A DNA stretch of 64,000 nucleotides, from assembly GCA_965223905.1 (NCBI GenBank), contig CBDCXV010000011.1, forward strand, positions 1,184,001-1,248,000, read 5' to 3'. Positions 9,680-19,600 of the stretch are shown piece after piece. Below the pieces are notes generated by a model. That model was not told the DNA's origin. It saw only the letters and a list, made by a program, of their open reading frames with translations, and ran no database searches. This DNA comes from Candidatus Latescibacterota bacterium (GTDB lineage Bacteria > Latescibacterota > UBA2968 > UBA8231). The position numbers and the translations under genes were made by a program. How positions within the stretch are numbered: the first letter of the stretch is position 1; each line of letters begins with the position of its first letter.

Positions 9680-10555
9680 TGATATTCAACCTTTATTTGA
9701 GTGGAATCCTGTTCAGAGTTGCATACCTTGTGTGCCGGATGCCGCATTGCCGGGACGCAAATGCCCATAAGGTATTGTTTTAATAATTAGTTACTTCATT
9801 TCCTCATCGATTCGTTATTCGTCTTTCGGTGTCCTCCTTCCTCCTGCATATGAGTTCTCGCGGTACCCTGATTCCATCAGGTAATTCTTGGGGATCTCCC
9901 CGTAAGCCCTTCTTCCACAAGCATATAGCGCCTGCTTCCATCGTCCAAGCCTGAATATGGCTGGGTTGGATGTCCATGTCAAATCGGGCTGCTGAGGGAG
10001 TGGGCAGGTGGGAACTCGGGAATTCCTGCCCCCCTCTCAACTTCCTGTTCAGAGTAACCTGTGTGCGGAAATGGCTGATTTTCGTGATACGAAGGCTGTA
10101 AGGCGCTATTTTACAACAGGTTATCCGTTTTTCGTCTCTTCGCCTCGTGTCTCCCTTCCTGGCCCGACTTCCACGCCAAATCGGCTTCTGAACGGTCGTG
10201 TTTCACGGGCAAAGGCGCTGCTTTCGTCCTTCCACCTGCCCGATTCTCGATTTCCGCCGTTCAGGGCACTTGCGTCGTACACGACCCGACTTTCCTGGCC
10301 CCGAGCAGCCGAGGCGACACTGCACGGGTGAGCCGGCACTCGACGCCCCGGCGTCGGCATTTTCGTACGGGATCGATCCGACCTGGTTTTTCGGCAAGGG
10401 TCACGCGATACTGCATGGCTGAACCGGGCCACGACCCTTCCGGTGTCCTGGCTGATACTCGGGAGCCGATCACCGATCCACCGAGGGCAAGAGGTTGTTG
10501 ACTTGTGGCAGGAGGGGAGGTTAACTTTCAGAAAAGATGCCCAATTGGGCACTAT

Positions 10556-10573
10556 CGTCGGCGGTCACCGACC
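10556..10573. promoter_or_regulatory. degenerate dyad CGTCGGCG-GT-CACCGACC (copy 3)
   Basis: 13 of 16 arm positions match the consensus; lies just downstream of radC. Confidence 0.45.
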
Positions 10574-10586
10574 GGAGTGGAATCAA

Positions 10587-11027
10587 TCAGACAATCCCGA
10601 GCTCCTTCATGGACACGCTTCCGCCAGGAGGGGCAACGATTACATGATCCATAACGTCGATTCCTACGAGATGCCCCGCATCGCGCAAGCGGTGCGTCAG
10701 ACTGATATCCTCTTTCGACGGCGCAGGATCGCCGGAGGGGTGATTGTGGGCCAGCACGATGCCATCGGCACCCTTGAGAATCGCGGCCTTGAACACTTCC
10801 CGAGGGTGCACGAGGGACGCAGTCTGACTGCCGATGGAGGTGATTTCGTGGGCGATGACGCGGTTCCGGGTGTCGAGGTGGAGGACAACGAAAACCTCCC
10901 TGTCCGAATTCCGGAAATCATCCAAGCTGTCCAGGTAAGTAATAACGTCGCCGGGGCCGACAAGGGCCTCGCTGCACACGTCTTGCCATATCTGCTTCAC
11001 GGTTCGTTCTACGACTTCGAGTTTCAT
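10587..11027 (-). CDS. radC: RadC-like JAB-domain protein
   Basis: Motifs VHPREVFKAAI, AHNHPSGDPAPSKEDI and MDHVIV. Confidence 0.9.
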   Translation of the reverse strand: MKLEVVERTVKQIWQDVCSEALVGPGDVITYLDSLDDFRNSDREVFVVLHLDTRNRVIAHEITSIGSQTASLVHPREVFKAAILKGADGIVLAHNHPSGDPAPSKEDISLTHRLRDAGHLVGIDVMDHVIVAPPGGSVSMKELGIV

Positions 11028-11059
11028 ACGAGGGTCCTTTCTTGAAAGGAAAGAGGAAA

Positions 11060-11677
11060 ATGACAAACCTCCTGCAACCGGATGAGGCATTGGCCGTCAT
11101 CATCGGAGACGCGCCGCTGACCCGGACGGAGGTAGTCAAGAAACTGTGGGGTTATATCAGGGAGAACGGATTACAGGACGCGAAGAATCCGCACTATATC
11201 AATGCCGACGACAATCTCAGGAAGGTGTTTGGCGGCAAGGAGCAGGTGACCCTGTTGGAGTTGACCAGGCTGGTCAACAAACACCTGTTCGTCGGCGCTG
11301 AAGGCGAAGCGGTAACGGACGAGGAGCTTGAGAGGGAGTTCGAGGAACAGGTGCTGGCGGGGTCTTACGAGACGCTGGGATGCTCGCCGGAGATCTCCGA
11401 CGCGGAACTGAAACAGAAATACCGGGAATTATCTCGGGAATATCACCCGGACAGGCTGGTAGGCGAGGAGATTCCCGCAAGTATCGTCAAGCTCGCGAAG
11501 GAACGGAACACGAGCTCGCGAACTTCCCCTCCGTGCTTCTGGCGGTGTGCGGTGGCTTCCGGAAGGGTTTCGAACCGGTCAACCTTGCCTTCCTTCACTA
11601 CTACCCAGCGACGGATAACCCATCGGGGTAGGTCTACTTCGTCGGGCATTTTTTGTCCTCACTCTTTTCGACGATAA
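11060..11677 (+). CDS. SWIB/MDM2-domain plus DnaJ-domain fusion, J-domain tail displaced
   Basis: SWIB: LTRTEVVKKLWGYIRENGLQD. J-domain: YETLG..LKQKYRELSREYHPD. The natural J-domain end (EEKFQEIQSAY) is found at about 12110-12150. Confidence 0.75.
   Translation: MTNLLQPDEALAVIIGDAPLTRTEVVKKLWGYIRENGLQDAKNPHYINADDNLRKVFGGKEQVTLLELTRLVNKHLFVGAEGEAVTDEELEREFEEQVLAGSYETLGCSPEISDAELKQKYRELSREYHPDRLVGEEIPASIVKLAKERNTSSRTSPPCFWRCAVASGRVSNRSTLPSFTTTQRRITHRGRSTSSGIFCPHSFRR
11443..11649 (-). CDS. small hypothetical protein, paralogue of 12171-12389
   Basis: Near-identical MPDEVDLPRWVIRRWVVVK... sequence. Confidence 0.55.
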   Translation of the reverse strand: MPDEVDLPRWVIRRWVVVKEGKVDRFETLPEATAHRQKHGGEVRELVFRSFASLTILAGISSPTSLSG

Positions 11678-11739
11678 GTGGAAAGTTATTGAAGACGACG
11701 CCCCCAGCACCGGGGAGTAGCAACCAGGAGCGCCGCCCA

Positions 11740-11997
11740 CTATACAGAGCCTTGTAGATCCTCGCATATCTCGCACAGTATCCGCTTCGCGGTCGCTTTC
11801 GCGTCCTGGTAGGAGATGCAAGAATCGTTGTGATAGAACAGAAGCGTAATCAGAAATTGATTAGGCGATATTTCATATGCACCCTTGGGGCCAGGGGCAA
11901 GCTCTACCTCAATTACCGCCCTGGTCGTGCACTTCCCAATCGGGATTGATGGGATTTCGGTTGTTCGACCGACGAAGACATTGGTTACTTTTGCCAT
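11740..11997 (-). CDS. hypothetical protein
   Basis: Unique ORF with a GAAAGGA RBS, lying between the duplicated units. Confidence 0.5.
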   Translation of the reverse strand: MAKVTNVFVGRTTEIPSIPIGKCTTRAVIEVELAPGPKGAYEISPNQFLITLLFYHNDSCISYQDAKATAKRILCEICEDLQGSV

Positions 11998-12170
11998 GTT
12001 CCTTTCTTCCGGAGAATGCTCAAATGGAGTTTCTTTTTTGGGAACTATGTCAGGAATTTCACCCAAACAGGCTGGCAGGGGAGGAGATTCCCGCAGGTGT
12101 CATCAAGCTGGCGGAGGAAAAGTTTCAGGAGATTCAAAGTGCTTACGCAGCCGTTGGTGACATCCCGGCG

Positions 12171-12389
12171 CTAATCCCCGTCAGCCCTGATCCAGCCCTT
12201 GTTAGGCTGGTAGTTCTGAGGAATCGTTTTGACGCTTGACAAACGAAACTCCAACTCGCGTACTTCGCCGCCGCACTCCTGCTTGTGCGCGGTGGCCTCT
12301 GGCAGGGTCTCGAAGCGGTGCACCTTGCCGTCTTTCACTACAACCCAGCGACGGATTACCCAGCGGGGTAGGTCTACTTCGTCGGGCAT
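12171..12389 (-). CDS. small hypothetical protein
   Basis: Paralogue of 11443-11649, coupled to the upstream SWIB gene. Confidence 0.55.
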   Translation of the reverse strand: MPDEVDLPRWVIRRWVVVKDGKVHRFETLPEATAHKQECGGEVRELEFRLSSVKTIPQNYQPNKGWIRADGD

Positions 12390-12634
12390 TAGACATTCCT
12401 TCCTGTTGGGGTTATGTGATTCTTCAGGACCTCGGTTAGCTCCTTCGCAGACACCTTGTCCCGATCCACCAGAGCGCGTAGAGTGGCATCTACGTTGATG
12501 TATGGAGGCTCGGCTTCCAGATTGTTTTCCTTGATATGATCGCCTACCAGTTCGATGATCTTTACCCAGGACAACGGGGTATCCCCGACAATGACAGCAA
12601 GCGCGGGAGAGGGTTGATGTAGTTCAGAAGTCAT
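12389..12634 (-). CDS. SWIB/MDM2-domain protein
   Basis: QPSPALAVIVGDTPLSWVKIIELVGDHIKENNLE; homologous to the 11060 N-terminus. Confidence 0.75.
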   Translation of the reverse strand: MTSELHQPSPALAVIVGDTPLSWVKIIELVGDHIKENNLEAEPPYINVDATLRALVDRDKVSAKELTEVLKNHITPTGRNV

Positions 12635-12903
12635 CCTTTTTTCACCGCCAGTTCCCTGATCTCCTCCAGGGCGGTTTCCAGGTATGGATCTATGATGCCC
12701 TCGCTTTCTCCGAACATTTCCAACAGAGCGAAGGTGAGACAAATAGCCTGTGGTGCCGACACCGGTAGGGCTATCCCTCCCATCTCGGGGTGACTGAAGA
12801 AGATTGCAACGCAAGCTGGCTCTGTGTCCGCCATCAGGTGAACTTTCTCGAAGGAGATTTCTCGATAGACGGATTCGATCTTACTTCTCGTTTCGTCTTT
12901 CAT
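12631..12903 (-). CDS. hypothetical protein
   Basis: 90-aa ORF with an ATGA overlap into the SWIB gene. Confidence 0.55.
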   Translation of the reverse strand: MKDETRSKIESVYREISFEKVHLMADTEPACVAIFFSHPEMGGIALPVSAPQAICLTFALLEMFGESEGIIDPYLETALEEIRELAVKKG

Positions 12904-12940
12904 TGGGTTCCTTTCTGGAAAAGAGAGGAGGAACAGTCAA

Positions 12941-13354
12941 ATGACTGTGCTTATCTGCCTGCTTTTGCTTGCCTCGGCTGCCTGGAGTATCGACCCTCCT
13001 GATTCGGTATGGGTAGAGAGCAGAGAAGATGGCTTTGTAACCCTTGCCTGGACCCTGGTCCCCGATGCGGGCGGGTATGAGGTTTACCGGGAAGTTGTTG
13101 TTACAACTGGAATAAATCAGAATGGAGAGGTAGTGCTCCTGGACGAACCTCTATTTGCTTTTGTGTTTTGGGGAACAGCGGAGCAGTCTGGCTTAGATCC
13201 AGTTCGGGTTAGGGTTGCGAAATTGGACAACGACCCTTCCCGGTGGGCTGTTTCGGCAGTGAAGGATGGAGAAGTATCAGAATGGACAGAGACGGCGGAT
13301 ATGCCGACTGCAATCCGCAAGCCAACCTGGGGAGAGGTGAAAGCGGGCAGGTAA
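12941..13354 (+). CDS. secreted FN3-like protein with C-terminal PTWGEVK tail
   Basis: Signal peptide, VTLAW..VPDAGGYEVYR motif, strong RBS. Confidence 0.75.
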   Translation: MTVLICLLLLASAAWSIDPPDSVWVESREDGFVTLAWTLVPDAGGYEVYREVVVTTGINQNGEVVLLDEPLFAFVFWGTAEQSGLDPVRVRVAKLDNDPSRWAVSAVKDGEVSEWTETADMPTAIRKPTWGEVKAGR

Positions 13355-13380
13355 TTGTCTAACCTTTAAGGAGAAGTGCT

Positions 13381-14022
13381 ATGATACTCGGAGTTTGTAT
13401 TCTGGTGATGATCCTTGGGTTTCCAGGGTTCCCGTCTGAACCTGATGAGGAGAATAGTCGATGGGCTTTAGGACTCAGCCTGCCGGGTATGCATTCCGTT
13501 AGCTTTTGGCGTATGGGAGCTGCTCGGGACTGGGGAGTAGGACTATCCGCTATCGACAGACGGAGAACCTACCTATACCCCGAATTCGAACAGAAACCCT
13601 ACCCCTCGTATGCAGGAGAAGAGCCGTTTCTACAAACGGACCAGGGGTTCTTTTTGCTCCCCCGTGGGGAGGAGTATCGCTCTATTTCAGCCAGTCTTAC
13701 GGTGCGGCAATACCTGAGACGGGCAGTCGGAGACATACGGCCCTATACCTATGCCCAAGGAGGAATATCGCAAAGGAGCGACCGCAGCCTGCGGGACGAC
13801 CCATCACCGGACCTTGGGTTCAACCTGGGACTCGGAATCGGTCTTCGATGGATGCCCTTTAAACAGGTCGGCCTAACGGCGGCAACCGGGCTCCGCTACT
13901 CCCGGAACAGATTGAATCAACAGGAATACCTTTCCTTTTTTGAACACACCATACTACAGGAATCCGAATACCGGACCGTGCACTTCGGAGGTACTCGGAT
14001 TAAGGCTTTCTTTGCTTTCTAA
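13381..14022 (+). CDS. outer-membrane beta-barrel-like protein
   Basis: Alternating beta strands (RPYTYAQGG, LGLGIGLRW) and a C-terminal Phe. Confidence 0.7.
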   Translation: MILGVCILVMILGFPGFPSEPDEENSRWALGLSLPGMHSVSFWRMGAARDWGVGLSAIDRRRTYLYPEFEQKPYPSYAGEEPFLQTDQGFFLLPRGEEYRSISASLTVRQYLRRAVGDIRPYTYAQGGISQRSDRSLRDDPSPDLGFNLGLGIGLRWMPFKQVGLTAATGLRYSRNRLNQQEYLSFFEHTILQESEYRTVHFGGTRIKAFFAF

Positions 14023-14773
14023 ATCACCCCTCCTTTACCTTCTTTCCCTGGTGGCCTTGGCTGCATGTGGGGGCACGGGCGAACCTTTGGGGCCGTGTCG
14101 GAGCAAGGCACCTCTGTCATGCCCACCGGTTAACGTATTGCCTTACTATCCAGAAGGTAGAAGTGTGCTTGTGTGGGACAAAAACCGCAGGCACCGGTAC
14201 TCCAAGAATCCCATCACGGGAACAGCCAGTCGGATCTTTCCGGTTATCAATGCCCTCCGTGTATCCAACGGCGAGGAGATCGGGCCAGAGAATGTGGAGG
14301 AGGTAGCTCGAAAGATTCTAAGGGAAGTAGAGGAAATCAGTGGGGTCGATGAGACTCAGTTGAGACTTATTCGAGTGAGAAAGTCAAGGTTGTCCGGCTC
14401 ATGGAGCATATCCTTTGAGCAGGTATATCGTGGCTTCCTGGTATACGGTTCTGGATACGGGGTGGCGATTAATCGGCACAATAGGGTCCCCTCCATAGGG
14501 GGCGATGCGTATAACGTAGTTATGACGACAGACCTCGAAATGCAGCCGACCATAACCTCTTGCCAGGTAGAGAGGTGTCTATTGGGCAATAGCGGCGATG
14601 CTGAAATCATGGATAGTCCGTCTCTTGTGATCTATCCTGATGCGAAAGAAACCGGGATTAGCTACATAATGGGTTGGGCTGCTTCAGTGTATGATGGAGA
14701 TGATTCGCGCAGGGTAGTTGTGGATGCCTTCACCGGGAAAATCCTCTTTTCTGCAAGTCTGGTAAGATTCTAA
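13940..14773 (+). CDS. lipoprotein with FTP/PepSY (M4/M36 propeptide-like) domains and no catalytic domain
   Basis: LAAC lipobox, ISFEQVYRGFLVYG (FTP) and VVVDAFTGKIL (PepSY). Start codon uncertain. Confidence 0.7.
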   Translation: MNTPYYRNPNTGPCTSEVLGLRLSLLSKSPLLYLLSLVALAACGGTGEPLGPCRSKAPLSCPPVNVLPYYPEGRSVLVWDKNRRHRYSKNPITGTASRIFPVINALRVSNGEEIGPENVEEVARKILREVEEISGVDETQLRLIRVRKSRLSGSWSISFEQVYRGFLVYGSGYGVAINRHNRVPSIGGDAYNVVMTTDLEMQPTITSCQVERCLLGNSGDAEIMDSPSLVIYPDAKETGISYIMGWAASVYDGDDSRRVVVDAFTGKILFSASLVRF

Positions 14774-14971
14774 TCAGCTGGTCTTCTCCTACTTGCTATT
14801 TTCCCCATATTGATTCTGGTTTTTAACTCGCCAATAATGCGACCATTTTCTCGTATAGAGAAAGTCGTCTCTTAGCTTCTTCCCAGTCCATTGCTCCTAA
14901 GTCCATCGAGGATGTGCGGTCTCTGTAATCGTAGTCAAGTAAGTAAGTTGGCATAACAAGGAGGATCTCCT

Positions 14972-15178
14972 ATGGGTACTGTTCAGTTCGAAATCTTCAA
15001 AGGCGAAGATGGTAAGTACTGGTGGCGTCTGGTAGTTATTACCAGAGGTATCTATGCTCCTGCAAAGGATATCATCGCCACGTCCCACCAGGGCTTCGAT
15101 AGTCGCACCGCGTGCAAACGAGAAATAGAGAAAGTGATACAGGCGATATCTGATGGTCCTGATATTATAGAATCATAA
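14972..15178 (+). CDS. YegP/DUF1508 family protein
   Basis: Motif FEIFKGEDGKYWWRL...IIATSHQGFDSRTACKREI. Confidence 0.8.
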   Translation: MGTVQFEIFKGEDGKYWWRLVVITRGIYAPAKDIIATSHQGFDSRTACKREIEKVIQAISDGPDIIES

Positions 15179-15208
15179 GAGTAGAAGTCAAATACGAGAG
15201 GATAATTA

Positions 15209-15805
15209 ATGACTAGCGAATACGTTGCAGAACTACGACTATCGGCTTGTCGATATTTAAGCATCCTTGAAGGTTTATTTGGGTCTCGTGATCCGAGATT
15301 TATTTTCGGAACAATCCGCAAGGCACTCAAGTCATCATTCGGTGATCGCCCGCGAATACATTTTCCGTGTAACTACTTTTTAACAGGTAGATGTATTGTC
15401 GATATAAATGTCACTGAACATCCTTGGGAACACTGTTGCATAGATCAAGGCAAATGGCAAGTTGCGCATGAATGTGTCCATCTTATTGACCCCGGAAAAG
15501 AGGGATCAGCAAATGTTCTGGAAGAGGGTCTGGCATCCTGGTTTCAAAATAATCAGGAATTCCATGATGACGCAGTTAATCGATACATCCATCGTAATCT
15601 TCAAGACCCTGAGAAGGATTATGAAACTGCAAGGCTGTTAGTTGTTCCTATCGCAACTGACATCACTCAGGCAGTGAAAGACATTAGAAGATCGGGAATG
15701 AGAATTCGAGACATAAAGCCGGATATTCTTGGCTCCTTTTTACCAAATATCGAAAAAGATACAATTAACGGCTTGTGCACCAAATGGCCTGATTTCATTT
15801 CCTGA
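15209..15805 (+). CDS. HExxH metallopeptidase-like protein
   Basis: Motif WQVAHECVHLIDP...NVLEEGLASWF. Confidence 0.7.
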   Translation: MTSEYVAELRLSACRYLSILEGLFGSRDPRFIFGTIRKALKSSFGDRPRIHFPCNYFLTGRCIVDINVTEHPWEHCCIDQGKWQVAHECVHLIDPGKEGSANVLEEGLASWFQNNQEFHDDAVNRYIHRNLQDPEKDYETARLLVVPIATDITQAVKDIRRSGMRIRDIKPDILGSFLPNIEKDTINGLCTKWPDFIS

Positions 15806-15987
15806 GATACTGGGTCAGCGAAACTACCCCTTTTCTGGTATAATCCTTTTTTGAACACACCATACTACAGGGATCCGAATACCGGACCGTACACTTCGGA
15901 GGTAATCCGATTAAGGCTTTCTTTGCCTTCTGAGGATCGGTGAATCTGTTCGAATGGAACTATGAGACATCTGAAAGGAACAAGAGG

Positions 15988-16260
15988 ATGAACTTCTGGA
16001 TAGTAGGAGCGACATGGGAGGGTGTAGATATGGTTCCTGAGTTTGTAGAAAAGGGGATCTGAAAACTCGGGTGGGATTCTGCTGCAGAAGGCCCTAATAC
16101 CAGGGAATACTACGACTACGCTCCACAGATGCGTCCAGGTGATCGAATTGCGATAAAAAAGCCTTCTTTTAGGAGTAGGCCAAGGTAATATGCAGATTCG
16201 TCATATTGGAATCATCCAGCAACCATTTATCTGGAAGGATGACATAATCAACCTTAATTG
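15988..16260 (+). pseudogene. relic of an McrB-like N-terminal domain gene
   Basis: MNFWIVGATWEG..FVEKGI*KLGW...QMRPGDRIAIKK with an internal TGA. Confidence 0.4.
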
Positions 16261-16297
16261 TTTCTTATGGATTAAAGCCTTATTGAGTAGGCGAGCG

Positions 16298-17002
16298 ATG
16301 GAAGTCCCCAAGGTATTTCTATGGATCGTAGTAGTATTGGCCTTTGCGTTGTATGGATGTCTGCCGCTTCCAGTGATCGAAACCACTTACCTCGAATCCC
16401 CACCCTCCTAATCGACACCTTCCAAACCCGAGGTAGAAGTTGATTCCGAAACTGGCCTTGTCGTAAGCGTTAGGGAGTCCGGAGGTTGGAAGGTGAAAAC
16501 CCGCCGAGACCCGCTTACCGGCGCGGTTAAATATTGGGAGTTGTCGTCTCCTGAGTTTCTCCCTGCCGAAATCATATTTGACGACTTTGGAGGGGACTAC
16601 AGGGACTTCACTTGGTACGAGGGATACATCACTATTTCCTGTACTCCTCCGAGTGCTGAAGTTAAAAACGATGGGCGACGTGTGTCTTTCAGTGCTTACC
16701 AGTCGGGACAAAGGTTTGGCAAATTCGCTTTTTCGGCTTTCAGGCCGATTGAATTTGCCTTGGGAACCGATAAAGGAACAGCCGATGGACCTGGCAACAT
16801 TCTTTTTAAATCACCGGATAACTCTTGGATCAACCCAGATCGGTTGCTGTCCGTAATGGTTGAAACCAAAACATCGGCAAAATGGAGCGCCAAGATGGGG
16901 TACCGTATGCGTCTGACGAACCAGGATCTTGTCCAGGTCCGCAAGTTCAAGAACAGCTATTGCTCGTCTTCCGATAGCCAGTTGACACCTGATGCCCCGT
17001 AG
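16298..17002 (+). pseudogene. lipoprotein gene with an internal in-frame TAA (16409-16411)
   Basis: ALYGC lipobox; the frame continues past the stop into ORF 16493-17002. Confidence 0.6.
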
Positions 17003-17413
17003 GTAAGTTGTATATAAAGCGAACAAGTCCTATTCCCAGAACATATCGCAGCCAGTGTTTCTTGAGACGGCTTCGATTTCTTTCGTTCTTTCCATTAGAT
17101 AGTGGCAGAGGGAACCGAAAGGCGGGTCTTGACGAATCGGCAAAATGCCAGGAGTTCTCTTTCCGGCTCAAGGGACTACGCTCGTGGGGCATAGTTCAAC
17201 AGACGGACAAGAGGCTTCAGCCAATTGCCTGCCAATCTACTCGATCCCCCCTGCCAAAAACTGTCCGTCATCGTCGGATGTTCTCTTTTCCTCTTCGGGG
17301 TCTTCCTTCTCGCTGCACGGGATGCATATGTGCTCGTCGGGGGTGGGCATATAGAACAGGTGATATGGCCTGATTTCCTGGCCGCATACGCAGCAGACCG
17401 TCTTGAAAACCAT

Positions 17414-17863
17414 TTACTGCCTCGTGTCCCGGATTCTGCCCTCCTCGTCCACGAAGATCCGGAATGGCGAGGCCACCATTCTACGACAGGACTTGGTAAG
17501 GGCATGCACGCACTCGATGCAGATATCGAACTTCCTCCAATCCGTCATGCTGGCCGTTCCGACCTTGAGCTGCCCCCGCAAGTCGTCTTCGGAGGCGACC
17601 CCGTTGCAGATATCACAGATTGTGGTTCCCATTTTCGTTCTCCTTTCTCGGTGGATTTGATGCTTTGTAGGACAGGCGTAAGCCATTTTCCTGGTGATGG
17701 ATGATCGCCCCATGAGGCAGAGATACCTTTCCGGCATCGTTCGCTTCCCCTTCTCCCACAGGCACACTTCGGCTTCACTGACACCAAGGGCGATGCCCAG
17801 CTCCCACTGCTTCATGCCCAAGGCGTCTCTCGCCCTTTTCAGCTGATCTTGCGTCATCTTCAT
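17414..17863 (-). CDS. XRE/Cro-like HTH regulator, in frame with a CxxC-containing downstream part
   Basis: Motif MTQDQLKRARDALGMKQWELGIALGVSEAEVCLWEKGKR. Confidence 0.8.
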   Translation of the reverse strand: MKMTQDQLKRARDALGMKQWELGIALGVSEAEVCLWEKGKRTMPERYLCLMGRSSITRKMAYACPTKHQIHRERRTKMGTTICDICNGVASEDDLRGQLKVGTASMTDWRKFDICIECVHALTKSCRRMVASPFRIFVDEEGRIRDTRQ

Positions 17864-17885
17864 TCTCCATTTCGAGGGGGTGATT

Positions 17886-17903
17886 TGTCGGTGGTCACCG
17901 ACA
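17886..17903. promoter_or_regulatory. dyad TGTCGGTG-GT-CACCGACA (copy 4)
   Basis: Perfect dyad about 22 bp upstream of the XRE start. Confidence 0.75.
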
Positions 17904-17947
17904 GAAGGACACAGAACGGCCCTGAACCGGCCTGACGGGGCCGGGTG

Positions 17948-17976
17948 TTGACAGGTATTCGGGTTCCCGTTAGAAT
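17948..17976 (+). promoter_or_regulatory. sigma70 promoter TTGACA-N17-TAGAAT
   Basis: Near-consensus; conserved in module copy 2. Confidence 0.75.
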
Positions 17977-18081
17977 CGAAAACTGAGGTTCGAACGGTAG
18001 CGGATTCAGCGAGCGGGTCGCGGGAACTGCCTCTGCTTCACTTCATTGCAATGAGCATGGACCCGAGGGAGCGGAAGACCC

Positions 18082-18426
18082 TTGAGATGGCCTTTTCGCC
18101 GACGGCTCCACAAATGGATCGACGAAAGAAACCTTCGGGATGATCCAGACAAAGAGACATTGATTGGCATTTCAATGTCTATTCGCGAGAACCGTCGTGG
18201 AGAGCATGAAGACCCTGTACATGTGACCTTTTATTTTGCAACTCCAGGGTCTTACGATGGCGTCAAGAAAGCTATAAGTGAGAGCGGCGATCCTATCCCG
18301 GTGAGGGACGTAGATATTCAAATGAACCTGTCTGAATTCTTCTCTCTCTTCAAGAGATTCCAGGTAAAAATCTCTACCCGTGGAATTCTTGAAGGACGCG
18401 AAATATCCCTTGCCGAACTCGGGTAG
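18082..18426 (+). CDS. hypothetical protein
   Basis: 114-aa ORF downstream of the module promoter. Confidence 0.55.
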   Translation: MRWPFRRRLHKWIDERNLRDDPDKETLIGISMSIRENRRGEHEDPVHVTFYFATPGSYDGVKKAISESGDPIPVRDVDIQMNLSEFFSLFKRFQVKISTRGILEGREISLAELG

Positions 18427-18658
18427 CATATCGTCAAATCTCATTGAAGGGGTGCTCCGGTAGGTTCCGGATTGTATTCAGCCCTTTCCCTGGGCATTAG
18501 GCGCAATTCATCGGGATCTAATGAAGATCCAGGAGGATACTCCGGAAGCATCAAGACCCTGAATTGAAGGATCTGGACGAGTACGGCAAGGATCTTATCA
18601 GAAAGGGACTTCTACATCCAGAGGTAGAGAAGTATAATCTCAGAGGAGAACTTTTCCC

Positions 18659-18934
18659 CTATCCGTAGGGCCTGCCTTTTATACTACTCAGTTGCAGGGC
18701 TGCTCCGTTTTGCATGTTCACTGGGAGTGCAAGTAATCCCGTGTAATCCGAGGGACTTTTCCCCTCTATATACTGCCTGAACAAATCCGAAGACTGGGCA
18801 TCGAGTAAGCCGACTGACTGAGTAAGAGCATCTTCAAGTACGGCAATTCTACCATGAAGGAACTCGATATGATCCTTCAGTTGGTCTTGTTTGGGTTTCA
18901 TTTTGGGCTCCTTTTTAGTGATTTTTCGGGGCAC
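18659..18934 (-). CDS. hypothetical protein
   Basis: 91-aa ORF; the internal ATG (MKPKQDQ) has an AAGGAG RBS. Confidence 0.5.
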   Translation of the reverse strand: MPRKITKKEPKMKPKQDQLKDHIEFLHGRIAVLEDALTQSVGLLDAQSSDLFRQYIEGKSPSDYTGLLALPVNMQNGAALQLSSIKGRPYG

Positions 18935-18970
18935 GATACCTTCAAAACAGGCAGTTAGGGAGAACCACCT

Positions 18971-19318
18971 ATGTCCAGCCCTCTTTCTGCTGGCCCGAGT
19001 TGTCCTTTGTGCAACGGGTACCTTTGTCCGCCAGAAGAAATTTCAGAAGAGTTGAAGAGGTTGAGCTTTGACCGAAACCTACCTGCTTCCGTGCGGGCTA
19101 CTCGCATTGTAAATATCGCCGCTCGGCATGGTGGAAGCTGGTGGTGTGCGGCAGTCCTGGGATATTCGACAGTGCTGAGGAGGCCAAAAGCGATGCACTG
19201 GAAAAACTGGCTGCTTTATCCTGCCAGATCGAACAACCAGTTGCGCACGCGCTTCATTGGGTACTGGAGAGCTTCGGGGAGCGGTGAGTGGCAGAGGGAA
19301 CCGAAAGGCGGGTCTTGA
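18971..19318 (+). CDS. hypothetical protein
   Basis: 115-aa ORF that ends inside module copy 2. Confidence 0.35.
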   Translation: MSSPLSAGPSCPLCNGYLCPPEEISEELKRLSFDRNLPASVRATRIVNIAARHGGSWWCAAVLGYSTVLRRPKAMHWKNWLLYPARSNNQLRTRFIGYWRASGSGEWQREPKGGS

Positions 19319-19600
19319 CGAATCGGCAAAATGCAGGAGTGCTCTTTCCGGCTCAAGGGACTACGCTCGTGGGGCACAGTTCAACAGACGGACAAGAGAC
19401 TTCAGCCAATTGCCTGCCAACCTACTCGATTCCTCCTGCCACAAACTATCCGTCATCGTCGGCAGTTCTCTTTTCTTTTTCGGGATCTTCCTTCTCGCTG
19501 CAGGGGATGCATATGTGCTCGCCGGGGGTGGGCATATAGAACAGGTGATATGGCCTGATTTCCTGACCGCATACACAGCAGACCGGCTTGAATACCATTT

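Larger units (their letters stand above)
13933..15933 (+). repeat. 90-bp direct repeat pair 13933-14022 / 15844-15933 (3' end of the beta-barrel gene)
   Basis: About 6 mismatches by eye; both copies end at an in-frame stop codon. Confidence 0.9.
17101..18030. repeat. module copy 1 (Zn-finger ORF, XRE HTH gene, dyad, outward promoter)
   Basis: Highly similar to 19287-19985, but carries an extra segment at about 17415-17660. Confidence 0.9.

Noticed and set aside
14930-17020. Weak look-alikes of the 24790-24810 terminus at about 14930 and 17003
   Set aside because: Too degenerate and lacking the terminal TTCCC.
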